Program-made: the position numbers and the translations under genes
Shown here: positions 1 through 7,567 of the stretch, piece after piece
Position numbering within the stretch: position 1 is the stretch's first letter
Layout of the letters: each line of letters opens with the position of its first letter
The notes under the pieces: model-generated
The model's input: only the letters and a program-made list of their open reading frames with translations
Database searches by the model: none
Told to the model about the DNA's origin: nothing
DNA from: a virus
Taxonomy: Duplodnaviria; Caudoviricetes
DNA length: 64,000 bases
Strand: one strand, 5' to 3'
Virus record (IMG/VR): IMGVR_UViG_3300021387_001106
Coordinates: 1-64,000 of that record

Positions 1-176
1 ATACGGCGCAACTCACGCTGTAGAGGAATGAAGGAAAACCTAAGCCTTCTAAGTTCCCGATGCTAAACTGTGTAATCGGCGCTGGATTAGATGAGAGTCT
101 GTCCTGAATGAGAAAGCTCTGCGAGAGTGAGCTTCTTGGGGTGACGCCCGGTGGAGACCGAATAGTCTATATGATT
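1..176 (+). ncRNA. 3' part of a large structured ncRNA, ROOL/GOLLD-like (5' end outside window)
   Basis: No ORF; stacked short hairpins (AGAAAGCTC/GAGCTTCT, CGGT-GGAG-ACCG, GCGA/GTGA loops); CCTAAGCCTT...TAAA..TGTAATC segment resembles my recollection of ROOL/GOLLD motifs; directly upstream of tRNA-like array. Confidence 0.45.
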
Positions 177-262
177 GCCCCTATAGTTCAATGGAAGTCG
201 ATTTAAGCATGTAGAACGCCAATGGTCTTTAGGTAATCTGGGTTCGATTCCCAGTGGGGGCG
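177..262 (+). tRNA. tRNA-like element with enlarged D-loop and disrupted anticodon arm
   Basis: Acceptor GCCCCTA/TGGGGGC, D-stem GTTC/GAAC, T-arm CTGGG-TTCGATT-CCCAG; anticodon arm does not pair properly. Confidence 0.65.
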
Positions 263-266
263 GTTA

Positions 267-350
267 TGTGTTGAAGCGATAGGTTAGAGGGAGACACCGG
301 GTCGCCAACAACGACTAAGCGTGGGTTCGAGCCCCACAGACTTCAACACA
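267..350 (+). ncRNA. tRNA-like RNA with 10-bp terminal stem
   Basis: TGTGTTGAAG/CTTCAACACA closing stem, arm GGTCG-CCAACAA-CGACT, T-arm GTGGG-TTCGAGC-CCCAC; no proper D-arm. Confidence 0.55.
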
Positions 351-389
351 TTTCAGCCTTACGTCCAAAGACTATAATAAAGTGCTGGT

Positions 390-458
390 TGCACAGTGAG
401 CAAGTGGAAGCGACCTTACGTAATAAGGTAAATGCAGGTTCGAGTCCTGTCTGTGTAA
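390..458 (+). tRNA. Atypical tRNA-like element (loop ACGTAAT, nominal GTA/Tyr, no U33, short D-arm)
   Basis: Acceptor TGCACAG/CTGTGTA, anticodon stem ACCTT/AAGGT, T-arm GCAGG-TTCGAGT-CCTGT. Confidence 0.55.
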
Positions 459-550
459 GCCGTGTTTATACATTTGGCGTTACTAAAATGTATGGGCGGG
501 TAAGTACGTAGCCAGAACAGCCGTCAGCAGAGAAACAGGTTCAGGTGAGT

Positions 551-613
551 GGGGCATGTAGCTCAAAGGGAGAGTGGTGCGCAAGATGTGGGTTCGAATC
601 CTACCATGTCCCA
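551..613 (+). tRNA. tRNA-like element lacking the anticodon arm
   Basis: Acceptor GGGCATG/CATGTCC, D-arm GCTC-AAAGGGA-GAGT, T-arm GTGGG-TTCGAAT-CCTAC; only ~12 nt between D and T arms. Confidence 0.65.
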
Positions 614-718
614 GCGGGGTTAAGAGCAAATGTGGGTAACCCAGTGAGGTGTCTGTTTACAGATACTTCAGGCCAATTATTCCCGATGTGCAGTTACCGG
701 TTTACTTTAAACCGACCA

Positions 719-808
719 GGGAGCGTAGCTCAAAAGGAAGAGCGGCTGAGACCCAACAGAGTAAGGAGCCAATCAGTATGGATACAGGTTCGAGTCCTGA
801 CGCTTCCA
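719..808 (+). tRNA. tRNA-like element with 23-nt expanded anticodon loop
   Basis: Acceptor GGGAGCG/CGCTTCC, D-arm GCTC/GAGC, anticodon stem GCTGA/TCAGT enclosing 750-772, T-loop TTCGAGT. Confidence 0.65.
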
Positions 809-838
809 ATACAGGATATGCAATAGAAAAGGAGTTAT

Positions 839-1075
839 ATGGAGAGAGAGTGGGCAATTTATGCGTCCTTTAACATCGGTGGGAAACAAATGTACGTCAT
901 GGCATTTGGACCTGCACCCCGGATATACGAAGCGCTGGGAAGCGCCAAAAGTTCCATAGCACTCGCCTACAGGGACGCAGATATGGAAAGCATAGACTTC
1001 ACATGCGCCATGGAAGTCCCATTTGAGGGAAACGGAAAGTGGTATGTCAGGGAAACGGTGGCAGAAGAATTTTGA
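839..1075 (+). CDS. Hypothetical protein
   Basis: AAGGAG RBS, 78-aa ORF between tRNA-like elements. Confidence 0.65.
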   Translation: MEREWAIYASFNIGGKQMYVMAFGPAPRIYEALGSAKSSIALAYRDADMESIDFTCAMEVPFEGNGKWYVRETVAEEF

Positions 1076-1084
1076 GATAAACAA

Positions 1085-1201
1085 GGGAACGTGGTGTAAG
1101 GGTAGCATAGAAAAAGGGAGGTCATGTCTGTGGCCTTGTCAGCAATAAATCTTAAATCGTCTGCTAAACGGTAGGTGCGGGTTCGAATCCCGCCGTTCCC
1201 A
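1085..1201 (+). tRNA. tRNA with GCT (Ser) anticodon, short variable loop and 46-nt insertion (1110-1155)
   Basis: Acceptor GGGAACG/CGTTCCC, D-stem GTGT/GCAT, anticodon arm ATCGT-CTGCTAA-ACGGT, T-arm GCGGG-TTCGAAT-CCCGC. Confidence 0.75.
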
Positions 1202-1220
1202 TTATCAAAAAAAGGAGATC

Positions 1221-2723
1221 GTGATGAACTTTGCGGAAGCAATGCGGCAGGAACATAAGTGGACTAAGACCGAGAATGGAGCAGTCGCCCTGAATACATC
1301 GGGGGATGCACTTCTCGATTTTTTTGGTACTGTTGGTGCTCTTCGTGAGGCGCCTGATACGAGGGTCACTACCCTGTTCGAGGAAGCCTATAAGGAAGAC
1401 CCGGCCATCGCCACGAAGATACTGTTCTACGCAAGGGACATCCGTGGCGACGGAGAGACGACCGGGCTCGGTGAGCGCAAGACGTTCAGGACTATCCTGA
1501 GGTACTGTGCATATCATCATCCTGAAGCCGTCCGTCCAAACCTTGACCTGGTCGGCGCGTACGGGCGCTACGACGACCTCTATGAACTGGTTGGGACTCC
1601 GCTTGAAGATGACGCCTTCAAGGCAATGAGGAAGCAGTTCGACGAGGATCTGGACAACATGTCAAAGGGGAACGTCATTTCCCTTCTCGCCAAGTGGATA
1701 AAGACTGCGGATGCTTCTTCCGCACAGACGCGGAAACTGGGAATCCTGACCGCAAATAAGTTCGGGATACCTGTATATAACTTCAAACGCATCGTGCGTG
1801 CTATGAGGAAGCACATAGGCGTAGTCGAGGGGCTGATGTCCACACAGCAGTGGGACAAGATAAAGTATCCTGATGTCCCTTCGAGAGCGATGCTGATATA
1901 CAGGAACGCTTTTATGAAGCACGATGGGATACGGTTCAACACCTTTGCCCAGAAAGCGGCAAGCGGTGAAGAGAAGATAAACTCCGCAACACTGTTCCCG
2001 TATGACATCATCGAGAAATACAGGGGCGGATGGTGTTATGGATATACGGGCGGCAACCTTGACAAGGTGCAGGAGCAGATTCTTCAGGCACAGTGGGATC
2101 AGCTCCCGAACTATGTTGAAGAGGGAACGAACGCCATCGTCATTGCAGACACATCTGGGAGCATGACCGGCAGACCCATGGATACTGCGGTGGGGCTCGC
2201 CATCTACTTTGCCCAGAGGAACACAGGAGCGTACCACGACCTGTGGATGAACTTCTCATCTGACCCGTCTTTCCAGAAGATAAAGGGGAAGACACTGAAG
2301 CAGGTCTTGAGAAACATCAATTATAACAACTGGAACGGAAGCACAAACTGCGAAGCGGCGTTCGAGCTCATCCTCGGGACTGCTGTCAAATACCGGATTC
2401 CACACGAAGAGATGCCGAAAGCACTGATTATCATTTCCGACATGGAGTTCGATTACTGTGGCGACGGGCAGTGGACGTTCTATGACCGTATGAGGGCTGA
2501 GTACAGCCAGAAGGGATATGACATCCCTACCGTCATCTTCTGGAACGTCGACAGCCGCCACGATGTTTTCCACGCGGACAAGACGCGCAAGGGCGTCATA
2601 CTCGTCAGCGGGCAGTCGGCATCTGTATTCCAACAGTTAATGGGGAGCGTCGGCATGACCCCGGTGGAGCACATGATGAAGGTGGTCAATTCAAAGAGAT
2701 ACGAACCGATAACAGTCGGTTAA
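1221..2723 (+). CDS. DUF2828 family protein (helical N-domain + C-terminal vWA; Ro60/TROVE-like architecture)
   Basis: TENGA, LLDFF, RDIRG..GLGER, GRYDDL, SLLAKW, NSATLFPYDI motifs; vWA MIDAS DTSGSM...GSTN...IISDMEFD; FWN. Confidence 0.9.
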   Translation: MMNFAEAMRQEHKWTKTENGAVALNTSGDALLDFFGTVGALREAPDTRVTTLFEEAYKEDPAIATKILFYARDIRGDGETTGLGERKTFRTILRYCAYHHPEAVRPNLDLVGAYGRYDDLYELVGTPLEDDAFKAMRKQFDEDLDNMSKGNVISLLAKWIKTADASSAQTRKLGILTANKFGIPVYNFKRIVRAMRKHIGVVEGLMSTQQWDKIKYPDVPSRAMLIYRNAFMKHDGIRFNTFAQKAASGEEKINSATLFPYDIIEKYRGGWCYGYTGGNLDKVQEQILQAQWDQLPNYVEEGTNAIVIADTSGSMTGRPMDTAVGLAIYFAQRNTGAYHDLWMNFSSDPSFQKIKGKTLKQVLRNINYNNWNGSTNCEAAFELILGTAVKYRIPHEEMPKALIIISDMEFDYCGDGQWTFYDRMRAEYSQKGYDIPTVIFWNVDSRHDVFHADKTRKGVILVSGQSASVFQQLMGSVGMTPVEHMMKVVNSKRYEPITVG

Positions 2724-2725
2724 TA

Positions 2726-2819
2726 TGGGGCACTTACAGCGAATAATAAAACCAGAAGGTTGGGAACCGGGTGGAATACCCCGGGAACTGTGGATATAAC
2801 CCACCCACAAAGTGTCCTG
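2726..2819 (+). ncRNA. CAGC(G/A)A-stem RNA element, copy 1
   Basis: TGGGGCACTT-ACAGCGAA ... AAGTGTCCTG closing stem with three internal hairpins; no ORF. Confidence 0.6.
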
Positions 2820-2829
2820 ATTCAATAAG

Positions 2830-2948
2830 GCGACCGTAGCTCAGTTGGGAGAGCGCTATATGCAACGGGTCATGCATGTGGCCCCGACAGCAACTATCGC
2901 AATCCACTTTTAATGGAGAGGTCGCGGGTTCGAGTCCCGCCGGTCGCT
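2830..2948 (+). tRNA. tRNA-Lys(TTT) with 46-nt insertion (2858-2903)
   Basis: Acceptor GCGACCG/CGGTCGC, D-arm GCTC-AGTTGGGA-GAGC; removing the insert gives anticodon arm CTCCA-CTTTTAA-TGGAG; AGGTC variable loop; T-arm GCGGG-TTCGAGT-CCCGC. Confidence 0.8.
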
Positions 2949-2951
2949 ATA

Positions 2952-3003
2952 TGGGGTGCTTGCAGCAATCATCATTCTAATGGGTTTAGAAAAAGGCATC
3001 CTG
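2952..3003 (+). ncRNA. CAGCAA-stem RNA element, copy 2
   Basis: TGGGGTGCTT-GCAGCAA ... AGGCATCCTG closing stem, internal hairpin TTCTAA/TTAGAA. Confidence 0.6.
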
Positions 3004-3020
3004 AAGAAAAGGAGAACACA

Positions 3021-3290
3021 GTGACAAACGCAGAAAAATTCCACGCCGTGTTTGGCATGTACGCCACGGAAATCTGGTCACTTCCAGAAGCTGATTTTCT
3101 GAAGTGGCTCAATGAGGCAGCCGGGACGGACAGTATTCCGAACCTTCTGGAGGATGGAACGCTGGTCGTTCCTGTCAAAGAAGGGGCAAAGGTCGGACGT
3201 GTCCTTATCGAGGAAGAAGGTACGTGTTTTGGCAGTATGTTCTACCCGGACGGGCAGGGGACTGATTGTATCGGGGAGGGTGTTGATTGA
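3021..3290 (+). CDS. Hypothetical phage protein
   Basis: AGGAG RBS before GTG 3021; upstream part of the track ORF overlaps the tRNA. Confidence 0.65.
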   Translation: MTNAEKFHAVFGMYATEIWSLPEADFLKWLNEAAGTDSIPNLLEDGTLVVPVKEGAKVGRVLIEEEGTCFGSMFYPDGQGTDCIGEGVD

Positions 3291-3472
3291 AAACGAGTAC
3301 ATACCATAAAGGCATCCCCGGGCTGGAGTGGCGGATATGGGACAAGAAGAAAAAGAGCTTCGCTTTCGGCATACGTGAGGAAACTCCCATGTTGGCCGAG
3401 GCGAGGCTTTTTCAAAAGCTCGGAGATGATGCAAGGAAATGGCGATATGAAATCAAGGGGGTAAAGAAGTGA
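3287..3472 (+). CDS. Hypothetical phage protein
   Basis: GGAGG RBS, coupled overlap. Confidence 0.65.
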   Translation: MKTSTYHKGIPGLEWRIWDKKKKSFAFGIREETPMLAEARLFQKLGDDARKWRYEIKGVKK

Positions 3473-3750
3473 GAAGGTTGCATAAGGGGCTGCTTCTATG
3501 CGCACTTGTTACAGCGACGCTGACCGTAACAGGCTGCCAGAAGGCGGCAAGGGACTATGGTACTACAATGACCATTAACCTCAAACCCGGCGAGAAGTTG
3601 GAGGAGATCACGTGGAAGGACGACAGCGATCTATGGTACCTTACAAGGCCGATGCGCGATGAGGAGAAGGCCGAAACTCACAGGTTCAGGCAGTCAAAAG
3701 ACTTCAGCATCATAGAAGGCGAGGTCGTCATCATCGAGAGGGAGAAGTAA
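3469..3750 (+). CDS. Phage lipoprotein
   Basis: Signal peptide with lipobox VTGC. Confidence 0.7.
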   Translation: MRRLHKGLLLCALVTATLTVTGCQKAARDYGTTMTINLKPGEKLEEITWKDDSDLWYLTRPMRDEEKAETHRFRQSKDFSIIEGEVVIIEREK

Positions 3751-4056
3751 ATGGCTGGATTATCGCTCAACATCAGGGGTGCAAAGGTAGTCAATAACAC
3801 TGTCAACTTATGCAGCTCATGCAGATATATGATACCCGAATGCAAGGCAACTTTCGAAGACATCCTGTTTGGCGACGGAATAGGCAAAGACAATGTCTGT
3901 ACATGCAGGTTCTACGAGGCAAGGAATACCGCCATATCATGTGGAGACTGCATGTACTATGACCGGGAAACGAAGGAATGTCGTCAGCCTAATGGTGCTC
4001 TGGCGAATATTGAACCGGACGGCTTCTGTTCAATGGGAAAGGAGAAACGGAAATGA
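3751..4056 (+). CDS. Cys-rich hypothetical protein
   Basis: Two CxxC..C repeats, operon context. Confidence 0.65.
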   Translation: MAGLSLNIRGAKVVNNTVNLCSSCRYMIPECKATFEDILFGDGIGKDNVCTCRFYEARNTAISCGDCMYYDRETKECRQPNGALANIEPDGFCSMGKEKRK

Positions 4057-4445
4057 CCTTAGGCGGATGGGCTATATTTATCATCCTTACAATATGTATC
4101 ATCGCGGTTTTTGTGGCGCTTGGCTGTTCGACCGAAAATAACGGCCTGCGTCTTCTATACGTCTTCCTGCCGATAATCCTTGTTATAGGGCTGTACGCGG
4201 TTCTCAACTGGTATTACAGCAAGACAGCGTCTGGCCTCAGGGCAATGAAATCACAGAAGTCAAACTTCACAAACGGCATTGAGCGGGAAGTGACTGTATA
4301 CGATGTCAACGGCAAAGTCATCAAACGGTATGACGGCAGGTTCGATGTTGACTACGACGATGACCGTATCATCTTCGATGATGAGAACGGGAAACGGCAT
4401 GTCATCTACTACCCGACGGGAACAGTCATTATAGATGAGAAGTGA
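4053..4445 (+). CDS. Membrane protein (2 TM) with C-terminal beta domain
   Basis: Two hydrophobic segments, AGGAG RBS. Confidence 0.75.
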   Translation: MTLGGWAIFIILTICIIAVFVALGCSTENNGLRLLYVFLPIILVIGLYAVLNWYYSKTASGLRAMKSQKSNFTNGIEREVTVYDVNGKVIKRYDGRFDVDYDDDRIIFDDENGKRHVIYYPTGTVIIDEK

Positions 4446-4451
4446 GGACAA

Positions 4452-4652
4452 ATGAGTACACATTACGAACCACTTACCCCGGAACTTCGAAGAAAAGCGC
4501 TGGATTCTATAGAACATAAGATGAAGGAACTCAACACATGCCAGTCTACCTGCTTTACCAGTATGTATATGGCCGGGTATAAGGCGGCACAGAGCATTAT
4601 CAAGGGGCTGCCTGATGGCTACCCGATGCCAATAGAAAGGAGAGGACATTGA
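4452..4652 (+). CDS. Hypothetical protein
   Basis: GAGG RBS, operon context. Confidence 0.65.
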   Translation: MSTHYEPLTPELRRKALDSIEHKMKELNTCQSTCFTSMYMAGYKAAQSIIKGLPDGYPMPIERRGH

Positions 4653-5170
4653 ACGTAACACTTCTGGAATCACCAACCGAGGAGGATTGGAAGGAGTGCA
4701 AGAGAAGGGCACTCATAACGGAGTACGGAAAAGGAATTGGCCCGATAAAGCTGCCGGGCACAGAGTGGAGGAAGAGGATACTGGAAGCGAGGCACAGCCC
4801 TATCAGATACCTGAAGTACAGCTTCCTGTTTCAGAACATCCCTTCCAACACATCAGTCCACTTGTGCCGGCACGTGCACGCACAGCCCTATGTGTCAAGT
4901 CTCCGCAATGACCGTCAGGACAAGATGGACGGCGACAAGGCTCCGAGGAATACCCCGGTCAATATGATACTGGACGTCAACGCAGAGGAACTGATGGTGA
5001 TCGCTAACAAGAGGCTTTGCAACAAGGCGTCCGCAAAGACACGGGAAGCTGTCCGCATGATGTGCGAGTGCGCGGCTGATGCCACACCAGAAATAGAACA
5101 CCTGCTCGTACCTATGTGTGAATATTGCGGCGGTGTGTGCCATGAGATGAAGCCTTGTGGGAGGAGGTGA
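4649..5170 (+). CDS. thyX: FAD-dependent thymidylate synthase-like protein (short ThyX/Thy1)
   Basis: HSPIR, HLCRH, SxRxDR, RLCNKA, C-terminal PMCEYCGGVCHEMKPCG. Confidence 0.7.
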   Translation: MNVTLLESPTEEDWKECKRRALITEYGKGIGPIKLPGTEWRKRILEARHSPIRYLKYSFLFQNIPSNTSVHLCRHVHAQPYVSSLRNDRQDKMDGDKAPRNTPVNMILDVNAEELMVIANKRLCNKASAKTREAVRMMCECAADATPEIEHLLVPMCEYCGGVCHEMKPCGRR

Positions 5171-5176
5171 CGCAGC

Positions 5177-5641
5177 TTGGGAAAGAAGTACGTCATAGAA
5201 ATAGAAGAGAAGCCCTATAAGAACAGCCGTGGGGAGCTTCTGTGGGACGCAACAGATTTCAACACTCTCCACTTTGATGCCTTCGGGATGGAAAAGCTCA
5301 AACCGTACATTCAACCGGACATCGAGTGGATAAAGAAGGACGCTTACGAGGCCGGCTACTCAGCCGCCATGAACGATAAGGCGTCCGAACGTCATTTCTA
5401 CGATGACTCTTTCGCCGTTGAGAAAACAGACCACGACGATGATTTCAGCATAGGGGATGAAGTCCTTATAGGCGGGAAGAAGGGAATGGTCGTAGGACTT
5501 GGTCGATTCTTTTTCGGCTGCGATATGCAGGTCATGTTTGCTGGAAGCGATGCTATACAGCATGTACATAAGTCGACCTGCCGAAAGACCGGAAATACAT
5601 ACCGCATATCGTGGATAAAGGAGCTGCTCGGGAAAAACTGA
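5177..5641 (+). CDS. Hypothetical phage protein
   Basis: GGAGG RBS; shares MGKKY start and IGDEV/TG module with 5948..6607. Confidence 0.7.
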   Translation: MGKKYVIEIEEKPYKNSRGELLWDATDFNTLHFDAFGMEKLKPYIQPDIEWIKKDAYEAGYSAAMNDKASERHFYDDSFAVEKTDHDDDFSIGDEVLIGGKKGMVVGLGRFFFGCDMQVMFAGSDAIQHVHKSTCRKTGNTYRISWIKELLGKN

Positions 5642-5672
5642 GCGGTTTCTCTAATATGTAGGAGGACAGGAG

Positions 5673-5966
5673 ATGTTTGTAAAAATCTGCGGGATTCCGC
5701 ACGAGGTCATAGAAAGGGATGACAACTTCGATATAGAATGCCATCTCGGCCAGATCGACTTCAAACAGGCGGTGATCATCCTGAACAAAGGGATGGCACC
5801 TGCTGTTAAGGAAGAGACTCTCTTCCATGAGATACTGCATGGGATGCTCGTCCATATCGGCAAACAGGAGCTGTCGGACGATGAGCAGTTCGTAACTTCT
5901 TTAAGTAACGCTATATACCAGACATTCCAGTTAAGAGGGGAGGAACTGTGGGAAAAAAATACCTGA
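5673..5966 (+). CDS. Small HEXXH zinc-metallopeptidase-like protein
   Basis: EETLFHEILH motif followed by E. Confidence 0.7.
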   Translation: MFVKICGIPHEVIERDDNFDIECHLGQIDFKQAVIILNKGMAPAVKEETLFHEILHGMLVHIGKQELSDDEQFVTSLSNAIYQTFQLRGEELWEKNT

Positions 5967-6607
5967 TAGAGGCTATGGACAAGTCCGTCATTGCTTTTGT
6001 CAATCCAGAGCACTGCTACAAGACAGAGGGCTCCGACCCCATTATAGTGACCGAGGTCAAGGAGTATGTCGAGCCCGACCTGAAAGCTATCAGGGAGGAA
6101 TACTACGACCACGGCTTCAAGGACGCCAACACCCGGTGCGATGACTGTGCGGCTGTGCTGAGAGCCTATAACAAGGGTTATAAAGAGGCTGCGGATAACA
6201 TCGAGGAGTCCTGTGACAACTGTGTCCGTATCAGTGCTATATGGGACGCGGTGAAGAAGGTCGTCCTCGCCGGGAAGGGATACTACTCGTCCACCGAACT
6301 TGACGAGATATTCGGGACTTCCGTTCCAAGGTCTATCCTTGAGATGGGGCCTGAGAAAGTGCTCAAGTTGATGAAGAACTACGAGAAGCGGAAGGCTGAG
6401 ACTCCACATACCGGCGATGAGGTAAAGGTGCTGCCTCAGGGCGATACCGCAGTATTTATTTGCCATGATTCCGGGGCTTTGAACCAGCTCCTGTATCCAG
6501 ACGGGAAGGTCTACAACAAGACCAACGACCTTGTGAAGACGGGACGGCACTTCGATGAGTTGTCAGGCATTATCACTCAGATCGGAAAGGATGGTGGGGA
6601 AACATGA
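5948..6607 (+). CDS. Hypothetical phage protein
   Basis: GGAGG RBS, operon context. Confidence 0.7.
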   Translation: MGKKYLIEAMDKSVIAFVNPEHCYKTEGSDPIIVTEVKEYVEPDLKAIREEYYDHGFKDANTRCDDCAAVLRAYNKGYKEAADNIEESCDNCVRISAIWDAVKKVVLAGKGYYSSTELDEIFGTSVPRSILEMGPEKVLKLMKNYEKRKAETPHTGDEVKVLPQGDTAVFICHDSGALNQLLYPDGKVYNKTNDLVKTGRHFDELSGIITQIGKDGGET

Positions 6608-6828
6608 GGCTTCCGAAGCTGATAAGGAAAAAGATACTCCTGCCGAAGCGGTGCGGAAGCTGCGAGCATCTTGACCACTCGATAGCGTACCTCACCGACC
6701 CGCCTCAGTATAAGTGTGAGTATCTGGGGTGCCTGGTGTTCGCAGACAGTACGTGCAAAAAGAAGGACATCAATGCCAAAAATCGAAAGACGTTCACCAG
6801 TTTGCTTAACAAATCTTTGTTTCCTTAA
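6604..6828 (+). CDS. Cys-rich hypothetical protein
   Basis: CxxC, PPQYKC. Confidence 0.6.
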   Translation: MRLPKLIRKKILLPKRCGSCEHLDHSIAYLTDPPQYKCEYLGCLVFADSTCKKKDINAKNRKTFTSLLNKSLFP

Positions 6829-6856
6829 TGGAAGGGAGACCTGAAAGGGGCAGCAC

Positions 6857-7180
6857 ATGTCAAAGACGGTTATTCCATCGGATACATACGCACAGTTTTC
6901 AAAGGATTTCGCAAGACTCAAAAAAATGAACCTTACGGGGTTCATCAAGTGGGTACAGGCGATACGCAAGTATGGATATGAAGATGGATGGGGAGCCGCG
7001 ATGGACGCCTATAAGAATACAAATGGCGGCATCAATATTGACGAGAGCATCGAGGCGGTTGTTATGGACATGGATGAAATGCGGGAACTGCTGCTCTCGG
7101 TAAAGGGCATAGGGAACGCAAGGGCGGAGGAGGTTTTACGTAGGATAGATGAAAGATCAAAATCCGAAAAAAATCAGTAA
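6857..7180 (+). CDS. Protein with C-terminal helix-hairpin-helix motif
   Basis: LLSVKGIGNARA. Confidence 0.7.
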   Translation: MSKTVIPSDTYAQFSKDFARLKKMNLTGFIKWVQAIRKYGYEDGWGAAMDAYKNTNGGINIDESIEAVVMDMDEMRELLLSVKGIGNARAEEVLRRIDERSKSEKNQ

Positions 7181-7324
7181 CAGCGATATGCGCTCATTTA
7201 TCGGGTTTGCGGCGTTCTTCGTATTACTGATATTTACAGCAAAAAATGGCGTGTATCTGGCAGACGTAGAGTATATGAGGCTCTTCACGATAATGCTCGC
7301 GGGTTTCATGGCGGGGGGAGGAAA

Positions 7325-7540
7325 ATGACGGTATCAGAGGCTCTGAGAAGGAACCTGATGCGGATAAGCTATGAGAGGGAACTGCCGATATATAAGATCG
7401 CTCAGATGTCGGGAATCCCTCAGACGACGATGTACTTTATCATAGGGGGAAGGGGAAATACGTCGTTACAGAATGCGTTCAGGATTTCGAAAGCTCTCGG
7501 TTGCAAAGTGGATGACCTCATTTATGGAGCAACAGAATAA
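7325..7540 (+). CDS. XRE-family HTH regulator
   Basis: IAQMSGIPQTTM...ISKALGCKVDDL. Confidence 0.85.
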   Translation: MTVSEALRRNLMRISYERELPIYKIAQMSGIPQTTMYFIIGGRGNTSLQNAFRISKALGCKVDDLIYGATE

Positions 7541-7567
7541 ACAAACGCAACCAAAGGGAGAAAGAAA

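Noticed and set aside
545-873. Track ORFs 545..826 and 649..873 (and the 2913-3020 extension of 2913..3290)
   Set aside because: They overlap well-formed tRNA-like structures and lack an RBS
1110-2903. tRNA inserts as group I or archaeal BHB introns
   Set aside because: 46 nt is far too short for a group I core, the position is not the anticodon loop, and I see no bulge-helix-bulge
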